Shown here piece by piece: positions 1-10,192 of a stretch of 64,000 nt of DNA. This DNA is from Patescibacteria group bacterium. GTDB taxonomy: Bacteria > Patescibacteriota > Patescibacteriia > 2-01-FULL-39-33. The stretch lies in assembly GCA_041650895.1 (NCBI GenBank), contig JBAZKF010000001.1, positions 573,181 through 637,180 on the forward strand. Direction: 5' to 3'. The notes beneath the pieces were generated by a model. The model was not told where the DNA came from. It saw nothing but the letters and a program-made list of their open reading frames with translations, and made no database searches. Made by a program: the position numbers and the translations under genes. The first letter of the stretch is position 1. The number at the start of each line of letters is the position of its first letter.

Positions 1-2115
1 GCTGATTCCATGCGGTTCGGGCTCAGCCTCGCTAGATAGATACTTAATGTCATCGCGTGTTTTTATTTTTATCCTTCTTTCACCGGACACTTCCGATATT
101 TCTCCGGTAACTTCCACCTGATCGCCGATTTTCAACTCAGGAAAATCTTTTTTATTGCAATACACTTGTATGCCGGAACCGGCCAAATAAAATATCTGCG
201 TGCCCAAGACACCCGGTTCCACCGACACAACCCCGATCACCCTAACCTTGTCACCGACAGCCAGATCCCTTAACTCTTCCAAAGTAACCGCATGAATTAC
301 ACCGGAACTATTAGTGGCCTTTTTAACTGCCGCCGCTTTAATCGTATTTAAAACTTCAACTGTCTGCTCTTGGCTTAAACCGCTATCAGGAAAAATATTC
401 TCCGCTCCCGGCGTCGGTTGAGCGGTCCAAAGCCATTCGCCCTTATCGGTTCTGGCATAAGCTAAACCCTCGCTTTGCTTAGCAGTATAACTTACTCTAT
501 CTAACAATTCCCCCAATGGTGAAAATAAGTTGGCTGTTTCAAAACCCGTATCATTCAAAGCGATGGACGTAGATGCGCGCTTAATGGCAATAAATCCTTG
601 AGGCAGAATCAGTAAGGCGGGAGGAGCGGCACGCAAATAATGTTTCTTATTGGTGTTATCAGTCAAGTAAAAACCGTTCAGGTCAACCGTAGTGGTGGAA
701 ATATTTTTTAATTCAATAAATTCATCATTGGCTCCCGTGGACGGATGAGGAAACAATTCATTAATAATCACCTTGCCGTAATAGCTTTCTAAGGCAATTC
801 CGGCGGTTGAGGTAGCCGAGCTGGTGGCCGCAGTATCATTCGACTGATAACTAATGTCAGATGATCCGCCACCGGATGAAGTGTTGGTGATCGGCTTGGG
901 TGTTATAATATTTGCCACTCCCTTAGTCGGTGTAATAGTTTCTTCAAAAACACCATTGCCATTGCGCGCCCAGGCCTCGCCTTTCTTATTGGAATAATCA
1001 CCGTAGACCGTCTGATCTAAAATCTGACCGGCCAAATGCAACGCAATCGTATCACCATCGTTATTCAAATTACCGGCAACATCATCAATCACTAAATATT
1101 GTCCGGGAGAAATACTGCCGCTTAAAGTGGTAGTAACAAATTTTCCGCCATCAATGTTAAGTAATATTAAGCCGGATAAATCCCAAGTAGAAGTAGTGGG
1201 ATTGAATAATTCTATCCATTCCTCCTCGCCCGTATTAGGAGCGGGATAAACCTCATTAATGACAAGATCGCCGATTTGCGGCCCTAGCGCGGGGGTAGTA
1301 GTTGGCGTAGAAGTGGGTGTAGAAGTGCTGACAGAGTCAGTAATGGATAAATTTAAAACCGCAGGGGAAGAAGTGGTGCCCTCACTATCCACCACATAAT
1401 AATTGACTGCGTAAGTACCGGACGCTGAAAAACTTTGACTGACATTAACACCATGTTTGATTAATTGCTGGCCAAAATCCCACAGCCAATCAACCAGGGC
1501 GTCGCCATCCGGATCAGATGAACCGTCATCGGAAAATTCTATTTCCTCTCCTGTCTCAGCTATAATTTTGGTGGAAGTGGCCAGGGCTGTCGGCGGATTA
1601 TTGCCGGCTGTTTCAGTAACAACTATCTCATCTAAACCAACACCTTTATTGCCGGTGGCTCCGGGCGTACTAAACATCAATTTAATTTGAGAACCGCAGT
1701 AGGGGCTCAAATCAATAGTCGGCTGTACCGCTAAGGCGTTAGTCGCCGGTTCATTCAAGCTGGTTTCCTGCCAGGAACCGGAACTAAAAACAGAAATAGC
1801 AATAACAGCACTGCTGGAGACCACACCGCCGTAAGTCCGCGCTTGATAAACCAATTGCGCCGCCTGACAACCGTTTAAATCAATTAACGGAGAAGACAAG
1901 GTTGACGACGCTTGTTTTAAAATTAAATATTCCGCAGAACTCTGTTCGACTCCCGTATAAATCCAATCGCTGTTTGAAGCTATCACGCCATTGTTCTGGA
2001 TGACGATCTGACTATTAGCCGCCCAAGACGCGGCACCGAAAGAAAGAATAAAAAATCCGGCGCTTACGACTATCGCCAAGATTAAAAAAGACGCGGCAAA
2101 TAAACCCCTCCTCAT
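1..2115 (-). CDS. Secreted multidomain protein, partial (C-terminus beyond window start): signal peptide/TM, PKD-like region, two lamin-tail-domain (LTD) repeats, C-terminal OB-fold (tRNA_anti-like) domain; ExeM/NucH-like architecture
   Basis: Open frame on minus strand from ATG at 2113-2115 (MRRGLFAASFLILAIVV...) running out of window; LTD motifs INEVYPAP..GEEEWIELFN and INELFPHP..ANDEFIELKN; OB-fold-like C-term VIGVVSVEPG...QIFYL.GSGIQVY; not listed in ORF track because no stop inside window. Confidence 0.55.
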   Translation of the reverse strand, partial: MRRGLFAASFLILAIVVSAGFFILSFGAASWAANSQIVIQNNGVIASNSDWIYTGVEQSSAEYLILKQASSTLSSPLIDLNGCQAAQLVYQARTYGGVVSSSAVIAISVFSSGSWQETSLNEPATNALAVQPTIDLSPYCGSQIKLMFSTPGATGNKGVGLDEIVVTETAGNNPPTALATSTKIIAETGEEIEFSDDGSSDPDGDALVDWLWDFGQQLIKHGVNVSQSFSASGTYAVNYYVVDSEGTTSSPAVLNLSITDSVSTSTPTSTPTTTPALGPQIGDLVINEVYPAPNTGEEEWIELFNPTTSTWDLSGLILLNIDGGKFVTTTLSGSISPGQYLVIDDVAGNLNNDGDTIALHLAGQILDQTVYGDYSNKKGEAWARNGNGVFEETITPTKGVANIITPKPITNTSSGGGSSDISYQSNDTAATSSATSTAGIALESYYGKVIINELFPHPSTGANDEFIELKNISTTTVDLNGFYLTDNTNKKHYLRAAPPALLILPQGFIAIKRASTSIALNDTGFETANLFSPLGELLDRVSYTAKQSEGLAYARTDKGEWLWTAQPTPGAENIFPDSGLSQEQTVEVLNTIKAAAVKKATNSSGVIHAVTLEELRDLAVGDKVRVIGVVSVEPGVLGTQIFYLAGSGIQVYCNKKDFPELKIGDQVEVTGEISEVSGERRIKIKTRDDIKYLSSEAEPEPHGIS

Positions 2116-2203
2116 TTTTCTAAAAATTAATTTTAATATTTTATATTATAACACGGTTATTGACTGGCCGACAATAATCAACTATACTTAATAGGTAGAA
2201 AAT

Positions 2204-2968
2204 ATGCCCAAAATTTCCATCATCATCCCAGCATTAAACGAAGAAAAAACTCTGCCCGATTTATTGGAGTCAATCAAGGATCAGGAGTTTACTGATTATG
2301 AAATCATTATCTCCGACGCCGGCTCAACCGATAAAACAATAGAAATCGCCCAAGACTACGGCTGTCGCATCGTCAAGGGTGGTATGCCGGCGGCTGGACG
2401 CAACCATGGCGCTGCAATCGCCGCCGGAGAATGGCTGCTGTTTTTGGACGCTGATGTTTTTTTGTCCGGAAAATTCCTAAAATTCCTGATTGAGGAAGCG
2501 GAAGAAAAAAAAGTTGATGTTGCTTCCTGTGCTGTCATTCCCTTGAGCGACAAAGTTATTGACGCTATTCTGCATGACATGGCTAACGCTTATATTCAGT
2601 TAACCCGGTATTTTTATCCTCATGCACCGGGGTTCTGCATCTTGATTAAGAAGGCGTTGCATGACCGTGTCGGCGGTTTTGACGAATCACTCAAATTAGC
2701 GGAGGATCATGAATACATCAAGCGCGTCAAAAAGCACGGCGTCTACAAGATACTCAAACGTCCCAAAATTTATGTCTCGGTCCGTCGATTGGAGACAGAC
2801 GGCAGATTCAATGTCGCGGCCAAGTATGTAGCCTGCGAAGTCTACCGAGCGCTGCTGGGAGAAATCAGGACTGATATCTTCAAATATAAATTCGGCCACC
2901 ACTATGCGCAACTGCCCAAGGGTAAAAAAATAAGGGAAAAAATTCTGGAATTCATCAATAAGCTGTAA
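2204..2968 (+). CDS. Family 2 glycosyltransferase
   Basis: SIIIPALNEE...ISDAGSTD...LFLDADV motifs typical of GT2 (DxD); RBS-like upstream. Confidence 0.8.
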   Translation: MPKISIIIPALNEEKTLPDLLESIKDQEFTDYEIIISDAGSTDKTIEIAQDYGCRIVKGGMPAAGRNHGAAIAAGEWLLFLDADVFLSGKFLKFLIEEAEEKKVDVASCAVIPLSDKVIDAILHDMANAYIQLTRYFYPHAPGFCILIKKALHDRVGGFDESLKLAEDHEYIKRVKKHGVYKILKRPKIYVSVRRLETDGRFNVAAKYVACEVYRALLGEIRTDIFKYKFGHHYAQLPKGKKIREKILEFINKL

Positions 2969-2975
2969 CCAAAAT

Positions 2976-3003
2976 CCCCGCCAAACAGCGGGGATTTTTA
3001 ATT
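2976..3003 (+). terminator. Rho-independent terminator after GT2 gene
   Basis: ccccgc-caaaca-gcgggg hairpin followed by T-run. Confidence 0.6.
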
Positions 3004-3108
3004 CTTGCGGCTATGGAGCAAGTAAAAAAACAGAGCAAAAGACCCGTCTCGTAACTCAAATTATTTTTAATTTCATCCAGGCCGGACAATGCTTTGATTT
3101 CATAAAAA

Positions 3109-3297
3109 TTACTTAAGGTAAAACATATAGACAACTAAAGTATCCAAAAGCGCTCCGGCAATCCCCATTAATAGAAGAATAAAAAATGCCCATCTTGGAA
3201 TACGCTTGCCGAATAAACCAAACAAAGCAAGGATGAGGATGTAAATAAATCCTATCGCCCCAAAAATGTCAAAAAAATGCGGTTCTAATAAAAACAT
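3109..3297 (-). CDS. Small membrane protein (62 aa)
   Basis: Two hydrophobic helices; ORF track. Confidence 0.35.
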   Translation of the reverse strand: MFLLEPHFFDIFGAIGFIYILILALFGLFGKRIPRWAFFILLLMGIAGALLDTLVVYMFYLK

Positions 3298-3299
3298 AT

Positions 3300-3376
3300 T
3301 GGTGGACCCGAGCGGAGTCGAACCGCTGACCTCCGCATTGCAAATGCGGCATTCTAACCAACTGAACTACGGGCCC
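3300..3376 (-). tRNA. tRNA-Ala (anticodon UGC), CCA encoded
   Basis: Cloverleaf read by eye: acceptor gggcccg/cgggtcc with G3:U70 Ala identity pair, anticodon loop tttgcaa, T-loop ttcgact, 3-prime CCA. Confidence 0.9.
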
Positions 3377-3381
3377 CTATA

Positions 3382-3681
3382 CTATTTTAAACCTTTAACC
3401 ACCGGCGAAAAAAACCAAGTGAGTAAACTGTAAATCAAATCCGTAGCGATTAAGGCGCCGACAAAAATCACCAGCACGCCGATAACCTTGTAAGCTAGCT
3501 CGTCTTCATGAATGCCAAAAATCTTTTCCGCCCACATTTGATGGCCCATGAAATCATAAAAAAATCTTGGCTTCCAAACCATGAAAAATCCTACGGCAAT
3601 GACGATTAAACCGATTAAAATTCTAACCAGCATAAAAATTTGATTAATTTGGACGGACGATCTATTGACTCCAATAAACAA
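3382..3681 (-). CDS. Membrane protein (99 aa)
   Basis: ORF track; multiple hydrophobic segments. Confidence 0.4.
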   Translation of the reverse strand: MFIGVNRSSVQINQIFMLVRILIGLIVIAVGFFMVWKPRFFYDFMGHQMWAEKIFGIHEDELAYKVIGVLVIFVGALIATDLIYSLLTWFFSPVVKGLK

Positions 3682-3695
3682 CTGAATTTATTCAA

Positions 3696-3769
3696 TGCAC
3701 GCCAAGGGACTCGAACCCCTAACCCTCTCGACGTAAACGAGATGCTCTAACCAATTGAGCTAGGCGTGC
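3696..3769 (-). tRNA. tRNA-Val (anticodon UAC)
   Basis: Acceptor gcacgcc/ggcgtgc, anticodon stem tctcg/cgaga, loop tttacgt, T-loop ttcgagt; no CCA encoded. Confidence 0.85.
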
Positions 3770-3788
3770 TGATTTTAATTAACGGCGA

Positions 3789-4406
3789 TCAATTATTCTC
3801 AATTAATTCTTTTACGGCCACTAGCGCCGACGGCAAGTCCGTAACGCCGGCATCATCGCTAAAATGCCCCTTTTCATGTTCCACGATCGTTTTGGCGTTT
3901 AAATTTTTCTCAAACAATTCCTTATCCCCTAAATCAACATCAGGATCATTATCGGAAAAAATAGCGATGATCTTTCCTGCCCGCTGTTTGATTCTATCAA
4001 AATCCATCAAAGTTTCCAGCCAAGGATGCGCAATCTCTTTTTCTTCATCAGTGCTAAGGTAGGGCAATCTGAACCAGCCAGCCACACAGACGATGCCGCC
4101 GATCGGCTTTGGCAATTGCTCAACGTAACGCAATATTGCCTGACAACCAATACTATGTCCGACAAAATACGTATCTTTATCCGGGTCAACGACAGCGTCA
4201 GCAAGCTGATTAACCCAATCGGCTATCGTAGGATTCTCGGGATGAGGCATGGATAGACTCTGAACAATAATCCCTTCTTCTTCCAGTTTGCTTTTTAGCC
4301 AGGGAAGCCAGCAATCTTGCGGTGAACCATCCCAACCATGGACGATAAAGACTTTAGGAGCCATAAATTTATTAATTAATGCGGACGAGAGGACTTGAAC
4401 CTCCAA
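3789..4406 (-). CDS. Alpha/beta serine hydrolase, YdeN/RBBP9 family
   Basis: IVHGWDGSP..WLPWL, nucleophile elbow GHSIGC; size 205 aa typical of family. Confidence 0.7.
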   Translation of the reverse strand: MEVQVLSSALINKFMAPKVFIVHGWDGSPQDCWLPWLKSKLEEEGIIVQSLSMPHPENPTIADWVNQLADAVVDPDKDTYFVGHSIGCQAILRYVEQLPKPIGGIVCVAGWFRLPYLSTDEEKEIAHPWLETLMDFDRIKQRAGKIIAIFSDNDPDVDLGDKELFEKNLNAKTIVEHEKGHFSDDAGVTDLPSALVAVKELIENN

Positions 4407-4464
4407 GGCCTTGCGACCACAGCCACCTCAAGGCTGCGCGTATACCAAATTCCGCCACGTCCGC
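4380..4464 (-). tRNA. tRNA-Leu (anticodon GAG), long variable arm
   Basis: Acceptor gcggacg/cgtccgc, anticodon stem cagcc/ggctg, loop ttgaggt, long variable arm, T-loop ttcaagt. Confidence 0.85.
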
Positions 4465-4494
4465 ACAAAAGCCCGATTGCTCGGGCTTAATGGT

Positions 4495-4851
4495 TTATTT
4501 GACCTGCTTTTCTGATAATTTCTTCTTATAACCTTTGATATAAGACAGCTTGGCGCGACGCACCTCGGCGATCTTAGTCGCCTCAATCTTAGAAATAGCC
4601 GGCGACCAGATAGGAAAAATTCTTTCCACGCCAATACCGCCAGAAGCGATTTTACGCACTGTAATAGTGGCACTTTTACCCTTGCCGCCGTGGCGACCCA
4701 AAATAATGCCTTCAAAAATCTGGATGCGTTGTTTTTCTTCGCCCTTAGTATTTTTCTCTTTGATGATCTGATGGACTTTGACGGTTACGCCCGCCTTAAG
4801 AAGCGGTAAAACCTTCTCATGCCAATCCTGCTTAACATTTAATTTTGCCAT
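4495..4851 (-). CDS. rplS: 50S ribosomal protein L19
   Basis: 118 aa, strongly conserved L19 sequence (FEGIILGRHGGKGKSATITVRKIASGGIGVERIFPIWSP). Confidence 0.9.
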   Translation of the reverse strand: MAKLNVKQDWHEKVLPLLKAGVTVKVHQIIKEKNTKGEEKQRIQIFEGIILGRHGGKGKSATITVRKIASGGIGVERIFPIWSPAISKIEATKIAEVRRAKLSYIKGYKKKLSEKQVK

Positions 4852-5008
4852 AGTTTTAAATATATGCTTGATAATTTACTCTAAAATCATAACTCATTTT
4901 CCATAAAAAGTCAAGATAACCGATAAAAACAAACAAAAAGACTCAGTCTTTGAGCTCAACTGGAATAAATGATATAATTAGTTAAGATTTTTCTTAATCA
5001 ATTAAGCT

Positions 5009-5849
5009 ATGCCATCAAAAGTCCTATCGGCCGCGATTGTCGGATTGGAGTGCGAGCCGGTGGAAGTGGAAGCGGATAACAGCCCCTACGGTAACCCGGG
5101 GGTTTTTATTGTTGGCCTGCCCGACAAGGCCGTGGATGAAAGCAAAAGCCGTGTCCGTAGCGCCATTAAAAATTCCGGCTTTGAATTCCCGCGTGGCAAT
5201 GTCACTTTCAATTTGGCGCCGGCCGATCTGCGCAAAGGCGGCACACATTATGATTTGCCACTGGCTGTAGCCGCCATGCTTCTAAACGAACAAACCAAAT
5301 TAACCGACTTTGCTTCCTCGCTTTTTGCCGGCGAGCTGGCTCTAAGCGGTGAAGTGCGTCCGGTATCCGGAATATTATCAATTGCCTTATTCGCCAAACA
5401 AGCCGGCATTAGCAGCCTGTTCGTACCGACAGCCAATGCCAAGGAAGCGTCGCTGATTAACGACTTAAACATTTATCCGGTCAAAAATCTGGCACAACTG
5501 GCCCAGCATTTAGCCGGAAAAGAATTAATTGAGCCCTGCGCCGAATGGCAACAAGAGATTGAGGAAATAAATTTTCCGGTAGACCTGCAACATATCCGCG
5601 GCCAGAATTCGGCTAAGCGCGCGCTGGAAATCGCCGCGGCCGGCAGTCATAATATTCTCATGTCCGGTCCTCCTGGTTCCGGCAAAACCATGCTGGCCAA
5701 AGCTTTACCCTCCATTTTACCACAAATGACTCAGGAAGAAAGTTTGGAAGTGACCAAGATTTATTCCGCCGCCGGACTCTTACCGGCTGATCAGCCACTG
5801 ATTACCCTGCGACCATTTCGCGCGCCCCATCATACCGCCTCTGGCGTGG
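5009..5849 (+). pseudogene. comM: comM/yifB (Mg-chelatase-like AAA+ competence protein) 5-prime fragment, interrupted after ...RPFRAPHHTAS by an integrated element (attL at 5842-5848)
   Basis: N-terminal Lon-protease-like and Walker A (GPPGSGKT) regions of YifB/ComM; C-terminal 15 aa of tracked ORF (5009..5890) are read-through into the element; remainder of gene found at 17596..18273. Confidence 0.85.
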
Positions 5850-7456
5850 CTAGTACAATACTGAGGCAATTGGCCACTGTCTCCTGCTGAAACTGGCAAA
5901 AACCCCCTTATTATAAGCTTTTTTTCAACTTCATTTTTAATAATAGATACCTCTTCTATGAAGTTATTAATGAAGCCAATTTTGCCAACTTTGTCTGATT
6001 TATCAATTTTCTTATAATTTCTGCGAGCCATTTTACAAAAATCACCAATACCAATACGAATATCTTTTATTTTTCCTAATAATGCTATTTTCTTGTTTAT
6101 CTCCTGTTTATCAAGTATAAGATCACTGCATTTAGCATCTATCTCATTAATCTTAGCAATATAGTCCTCCTTACTCACATGGCTTTCAGAATATAAGTCT
6201 AAAATTCTCTTTTTCTTTTCTTCCAAACTTACTATCTGCTTGCCAATGCCAACTAACTCACTATTAAGTCCCCTTAGATTCTCCCCCTTTGAATTATTTA
6301 GAATATCAATATACCTTTTGATGATTTTAGGTTGCAATACCTTCTCCAATACAACATTAGATACTACCTCATCTACTACTTCACTTTTTATTGATTGATT
6401 CTTGCATTTTACTAAATCCTCGGTATTATTGTGTTGGTATAACTTTTCCCTATGGTTGCATCTGTAATATTGAACGCCCTTGCTCATACACCCCGAATAA
6501 GTATGATTACAAACCCCGCACTTAACCAAACCGCCTAATAGATAGCGATAACTCGTATTTCTCAATAACTTGCCATTTCTTTTTAGCTTGTTCTGCACTA
6601 TATCAAACAGCTCCTGAGAGATAATTGGAGGGATAGGCACCAAAATCCATTCCGACTGGTCTTTAAACCGAGTAGAAGTCTTGACTGATTTAGCGTATTT
6701 GATTACTCCATTCTTAGATTCAAACTTCTCTGTTTGATTAAAATAATGATTCCCGAAATAGCTAGTATTAGTTAATATCCTTCTAATGACACTGCTCTTC
6801 CAATAAGTCTTACCAGTGGCCGTCTTAATCTTTTTATCTTCTAATATTTTAATTAATCCCGTAATACTTACGCTCGTATTAGCATAAGTTCCATAAATTA
6901 ATTTGATTACTTTGGCATGCTCTTCATTAATAGTGTAATAGCCTCTCTTATTATCAGTCTTCTTATGATGATCATAGCCAAACAATGTTCCAGAATCTAC
7001 TATGTGCCCTTGTCTTGCTTGTTCTCTCCTACCTCTAGTAAATCTCTCAGTTATCCTTGCTTTTTCATACTCATTAACAGCACCCATTACATTTAAATTA
7101 AACTTATTCTCTGGATTGTTAATGTAGTTCTTGCCCTTGATAATTATCTCCTTTTGATATTTCAGAAGCTCCGCAATGATAATATTCTGATAAGAAATAT
7201 CCCTAGCAATCCGATCTGAATCTAAAAAATAGACCACATCAAATTGGTCTGTTTTTAAATCTCCCCTTAATTCATCAAGTGCGGGACGATCTAATCTTCC
7301 GCCACTCCAGCCATTATCGATATACTCCTTAACAAGGATATTGCCATCTTTTTTGATTTGTCTTATCAGCTCGTTTTTTTGACTTTCAATAGTACCTTCA
7401 TTCTCTTGAAGGCTGGTACTAACTCGAGCGTAATAAACTGCTTTTTTCATATACAT
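5780..7456 (-). CDS. Large serine recombinase (resolvase catalytic domain + recombinase domain + zinc ribbon/coiled coil)
   Basis: N-term YARVSTSLQ catalytic serine motif, 558 aa; last ~23 codons (5780-5848) lie outside the element in antisense comM sequence, i.e. ORF reads through attL. Confidence 0.85.
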   Translation of the reverse strand: MYMKKAVYYARVSTSLQENEGTIESQKNELIRQIKKDGNILVKEYIDNGWSGGRLDRPALDELRGDLKTDQFDVVYFLDSDRIARDISYQNIIIAELLKYQKEIIIKGKNYINNPENKFNLNVMGAVNEYEKARITERFTRGRREQARQGHIVDSGTLFGYDHHKKTDNKRGYYTINEEHAKVIKLIYGTYANTSVSITGLIKILEDKKIKTATGKTYWKSSVIRRILTNTSYFGNHYFNQTEKFESKNGVIKYAKSVKTSTRFKDQSEWILVPIPPIISQELFDIVQNKLKRNGKLLRNTSYRYLLGGLVKCGVCNHTYSGCMSKGVQYYRCNHREKLYQHNNTEDLVKCKNQSIKSEVVDEVVSNVVLEKVLQPKIIKRYIDILNNSKGENLRGLNSELVGIGKQIVSLEEKKKRILDLYSESHVSKEDYIAKINEIDAKCSDLILDKQEINKKIALLGKIKDIRIGIGDFCKMARRNYKKIDKSDKVGKIGFINNFIEEVSIIKNEVEKKLIIRGFLPVSAGDSGQLPQYCTSHARGGMMGRAKWSQGNQWLISR

Positions 7457-7487
7457 TTTTTACTCCAGTATTAAAATACCGTGGCAA

Positions 7488-9074
7488 TTATTGATTTCTT
7501 AATATAGCATTAATATTTGATGGCATTATTTTAGAATTAATCATAATATTTGAAACACCAATATAAAGATCCCAATAAGAATACGGGTAACTAGTGGAAA
7601 AATCAGAATAAATATTGATAGTCTTACTGCCATTAGGTAAAATATCAATATTTAAATTATCAAATAATAGATTACAATCTCTTTGTTCACATTTTTCATA
7701 TGGGGTTATATACGTGCCCTCATCTTTTAAAGCAAAGTTTAGATTAGTGTAATCTGTTAAACCATTACCAAGAAGCCCCCTCATCGAAATACTATTAACA
7801 ACTATTTTATCTACTATTGATGAATCAGCAGAAATACGGAGGTCGCCAACCTTACTTGTGCCCACTGTTACTTGGTAGGGAGAACGTGTATATTGATAAC
7901 TTCCATCATAAGAAAAATAAACATTAATAAATTTAGTAGTTGAAGTTGTATTATTTTGACAGTTTAAACTAAGGGTTGAATAAGTCTTTAATGTGTCTGC
8001 TATGTCGTCAGCTGTATTTACAACAAACGAATAAGTACCAGATGTTTCCTTGGCTCCATACCACCCAGCCTTTCCAGAGCCAGTACAGCTACTAGCATTA
8101 GACGTGCTCCAAGTTAATGTCACTGTATCGCCTAATTTTACATATTGTTTATTAACTGCGAGATTAATAGTCACTGGACTCACGCAATTTTGTTCCAAGA
8201 TCGGTTGCTGTATCAATAATGAATTACCAGCTATGCAATTACTAGGGTATGATTGTAAAATTGTTCTGGTCTGTTTTCCATCTAATGAGCAAGTTGACCA
8301 ATCAGAATAAGTCCAAGATGTACAAACGGGTGCGTTAAAATTACAAGATTGGCTAATACTGGGAGAAGGAGTGTTTACACTTGGGCAATCTTGGGACATA
8401 TAGCATGTCCTTGTTTGTGAATTATTTGATTGACATAAACCCCAATTGCCACAAACCCAAGTGTCGCTATAACAAATGGCTTCATTGGTAGTGGTAGGCG
8501 TAAATATGTTATTCGTAATATTATTTACGACATTAAATATATTAGTAATGCCAATGTAATTAATAATTGAAATGGCGGGTAAATCAATTTTAGGTTTAGT
8601 TTTATCACAAGAGTCATCTCTCTTGTAATCATTTTCAAATGAGCTTTGGATGATAACAACGTCTTCATCTGGAACATCAACTGTTAATGGGCAGATTTTC
8701 TTATCCTGATCAACTCGATATTTGATATTACTATTATCAAATTTAATATATTTGGCTCCAGGCTTTGTAGTTATATTGTCACCGTAAGACAAACTATCAA
8801 ATTCTTCTTGGCTTAATATCTTTAATGCCTGATCTGCCCAGCTTCCAGTAAACCAAGTCCAAAAGGTTACTCCATTAACAAACAAATGCCTATTTAAGTC
8901 TTGACCGATAAAATAAACGGCTGGACTTGATGTGGTTTTTATTAAATCGCCAGGACTAGGGGAATAAGCGTTAGTAATTGTGGGTAAGAGAAACACAACG
9001 CCCATAATAATCATTAATAATCTTTTCATATACATATAAATTATTTTAAAATTATTTAGAAGATTTATCACCAC
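7488..9074 (-). CDS. Secreted Cys/Trp-rich protein (signal peptide; repeated W..W..C modules reminiscent of TSP1-like repeats)
   Basis: Probable true start at MKRLLMIIMGVVFLLPTITNA (9029); repeated WVCGNWGLCQ / CTSWTYSDWSTCS motifs. Confidence 0.5.
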   Translation of the reverse strand: MVINLLNNFKIIYMYMKRLLMIIMGVVFLLPTITNAYSPSPGDLIKTTSSPAVYFIGQDLNRHLFVNGVTFWTWFTGSWADQALKILSQEEFDSLSYGDNITTKPGAKYIKFDNSNIKYRVDQDKKICPLTVDVPDEDVVIIQSSFENDYKRDDSCDKTKPKIDLPAISIINYIGITNIFNVVNNITNNIFTPTTTNEAICYSDTWVCGNWGLCQSNNSQTRTCYMSQDCPSVNTPSPSISQSCNFNAPVCTSWTYSDWSTCSLDGKQTRTILQSYPSNCIAGNSLLIQQPILEQNCVSPVTINLAVNKQYVKLGDTVTLTWSTSNASSCTGSGKAGWYGAKETSGTYSFVVNTADDIADTLKTYSTLSLNCQNNTTSTTKFINVYFSYDGSYQYTRSPYQVTVGTSKVGDLRISADSSIVDKIVVNSISMRGLLGNGLTDYTNLNFALKDEGTYITPYEKCEQRDCNLLFDNLNIDILPNGSKTINIYSDFSTSYPYSYWDLYIGVSNIMINSKIMPSNINAILRNQ

Positions 9075-9246
9075 AAATACCTACGCAAGCCAATGGATTT
9101 TCACTTAAGACAGTATGCATACATTTACTATAACAGGCGTCAAACTCAGTTTGAGGAATTAATATTGTAGATAAGGTCATCACCGCAATACTCACCGTTA
9201 TAATAGTAATCCCTATAATTATCACATTCCTTAATATATCGTCCAT
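9052..9246 (-). CDS. Small membrane protein (64 aa)
   Basis: ORF track; hydrophobic core. Confidence 0.3.
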   Translation of the reverse strand: MDDILRNVIIIGITIITVSIAVMTLSTILIPQTEFDACYSKCMHTVLSENPLACVGICGDKSSK

Positions 9247-9389
9247 ATTATTTTTCTTTATTTTTTAAACGCTCATTAATGTTATATAAAACCTCAAAAA
9301 ATCCCACTAAATTATTTTTTGCTTCAGCGACTTCCTCTTCTTTTAGATCAAAACTTTCGGCAAATTTTTTATCTTTATCATCCATATAA

Positions 9390-9809
9390 TTAATCTATGT
9401 ATTTTTTTATATCAGAAAAAGATTGTTCAATTATAGCTATCATTTTTTTTCTCTCATAAGCTGTCGCCTCTAAATCAACCCCATCATTTTCTTCATTTGT
9501 AAAAATATTAGTAAATTTAATAGCTCCAGCATTTATTAGATTATTAATTTTATAGTCGAGATCTAATACTTTATCTATAACCTCACTAGCTAATATAATC
9601 TTACTAACAAGCTCTCCTCTTAATTTTTTGTTTCCATTTGTGTGAGATAAGATCCTAACTCCCATTTCTTCTGGGTTAAAATCCAACCACTTTTTATAAA
9701 GCTCTAAATCAGCAAAAGATGCTTGATTCTGAATTATTTTTCGCAATCTTGTTGTGGTATTATTAAGTTTTTTATCCATTTTTCTGATGGCCCAATTTTG
9801 AAAAAACAT
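9390..9809 (-). CDS. Hypothetical protein (139 aa)
   Basis: ORF track, element cargo. Confidence 0.4.
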   Translation of the reverse strand: MFFQNWAIRKMDKKLNNTTTRLRKIIQNQASFADLELYKKWLDFNPEEMGVRILSHTNGNKKLRGELVSKIILASEVIDKVLDLDYKINNLINAGAIKFTNIFTNEENDGVDLEATAYERKKMIAIIEQSFSDIKKYID

Positions 9810-9821
9810 ATTATTATATAT

Positions 9822-10187
9822 TTAGTATAACCATTGGGCCACACCTCCATGCCCCGAACAAGTCCCTTGTCTATGTTGGCTATAACTATAACTCCCATCT
9901 CTGCATTTAGCAGATGCTCCAGAAGGATTAGAACTAGGAACGTGAACACAATTACCATCTATATTCTTGTAATAACCAGAGCCACAAGCAACTGGTGCTG
10001 GAGTACTAACAGCTTCATTAACTACTGGACTTACCTCGACTGCAGTTGCCCGCTCAACTTCTTGTACTACTGGAGCTATTTGTCTTACTCCGTTGCTACT
10101 ATTTAAACTTGTATCGTAATCAGCAACACAACCCGATAGAGTGATTACAAATAAAATTAATGTTAATGCTTTAAATAATGTTTTCAT
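9822..10187 (-). CDS. Lipoprotein (121 aa)
   Basis: Signal peptide with lipobox LSGC. Confidence 0.5.
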   Translation of the reverse strand: MKTLFKALTLILFVITLSGCVADYDTSLNSSNGVRQIAPVVQEVERATAVEVSPVVNEAVSTPAPVACGSGYYKNIDGNCVHVPSSNPSGASAKCRDGSYSYSQHRQGTCSGHGGVAQWLY

Positions 10188-10192
10188 ATTAT

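Noticed and set aside
5780-5890. C-terminal extension of the comM 5-prime fragment (..GVASTILRQLATVSC) and of the recombinase as genuine coding sequence
   Set aside because: Both are read-through across the attL junction into foreign sequence. The native comM continuation is found at 17596.
8050-8310. Plus-strand ORF inside the element secreted-protein gene, and similar short antisense ORFs (e.g. 12642..12845, 12959..13315, 13442..13660)
   Set aside because: They are antisense to longer, better-supported ORFs and have no RBS, though the 12.5-13.1 kb control region of the element may hide a genuine small regulator.
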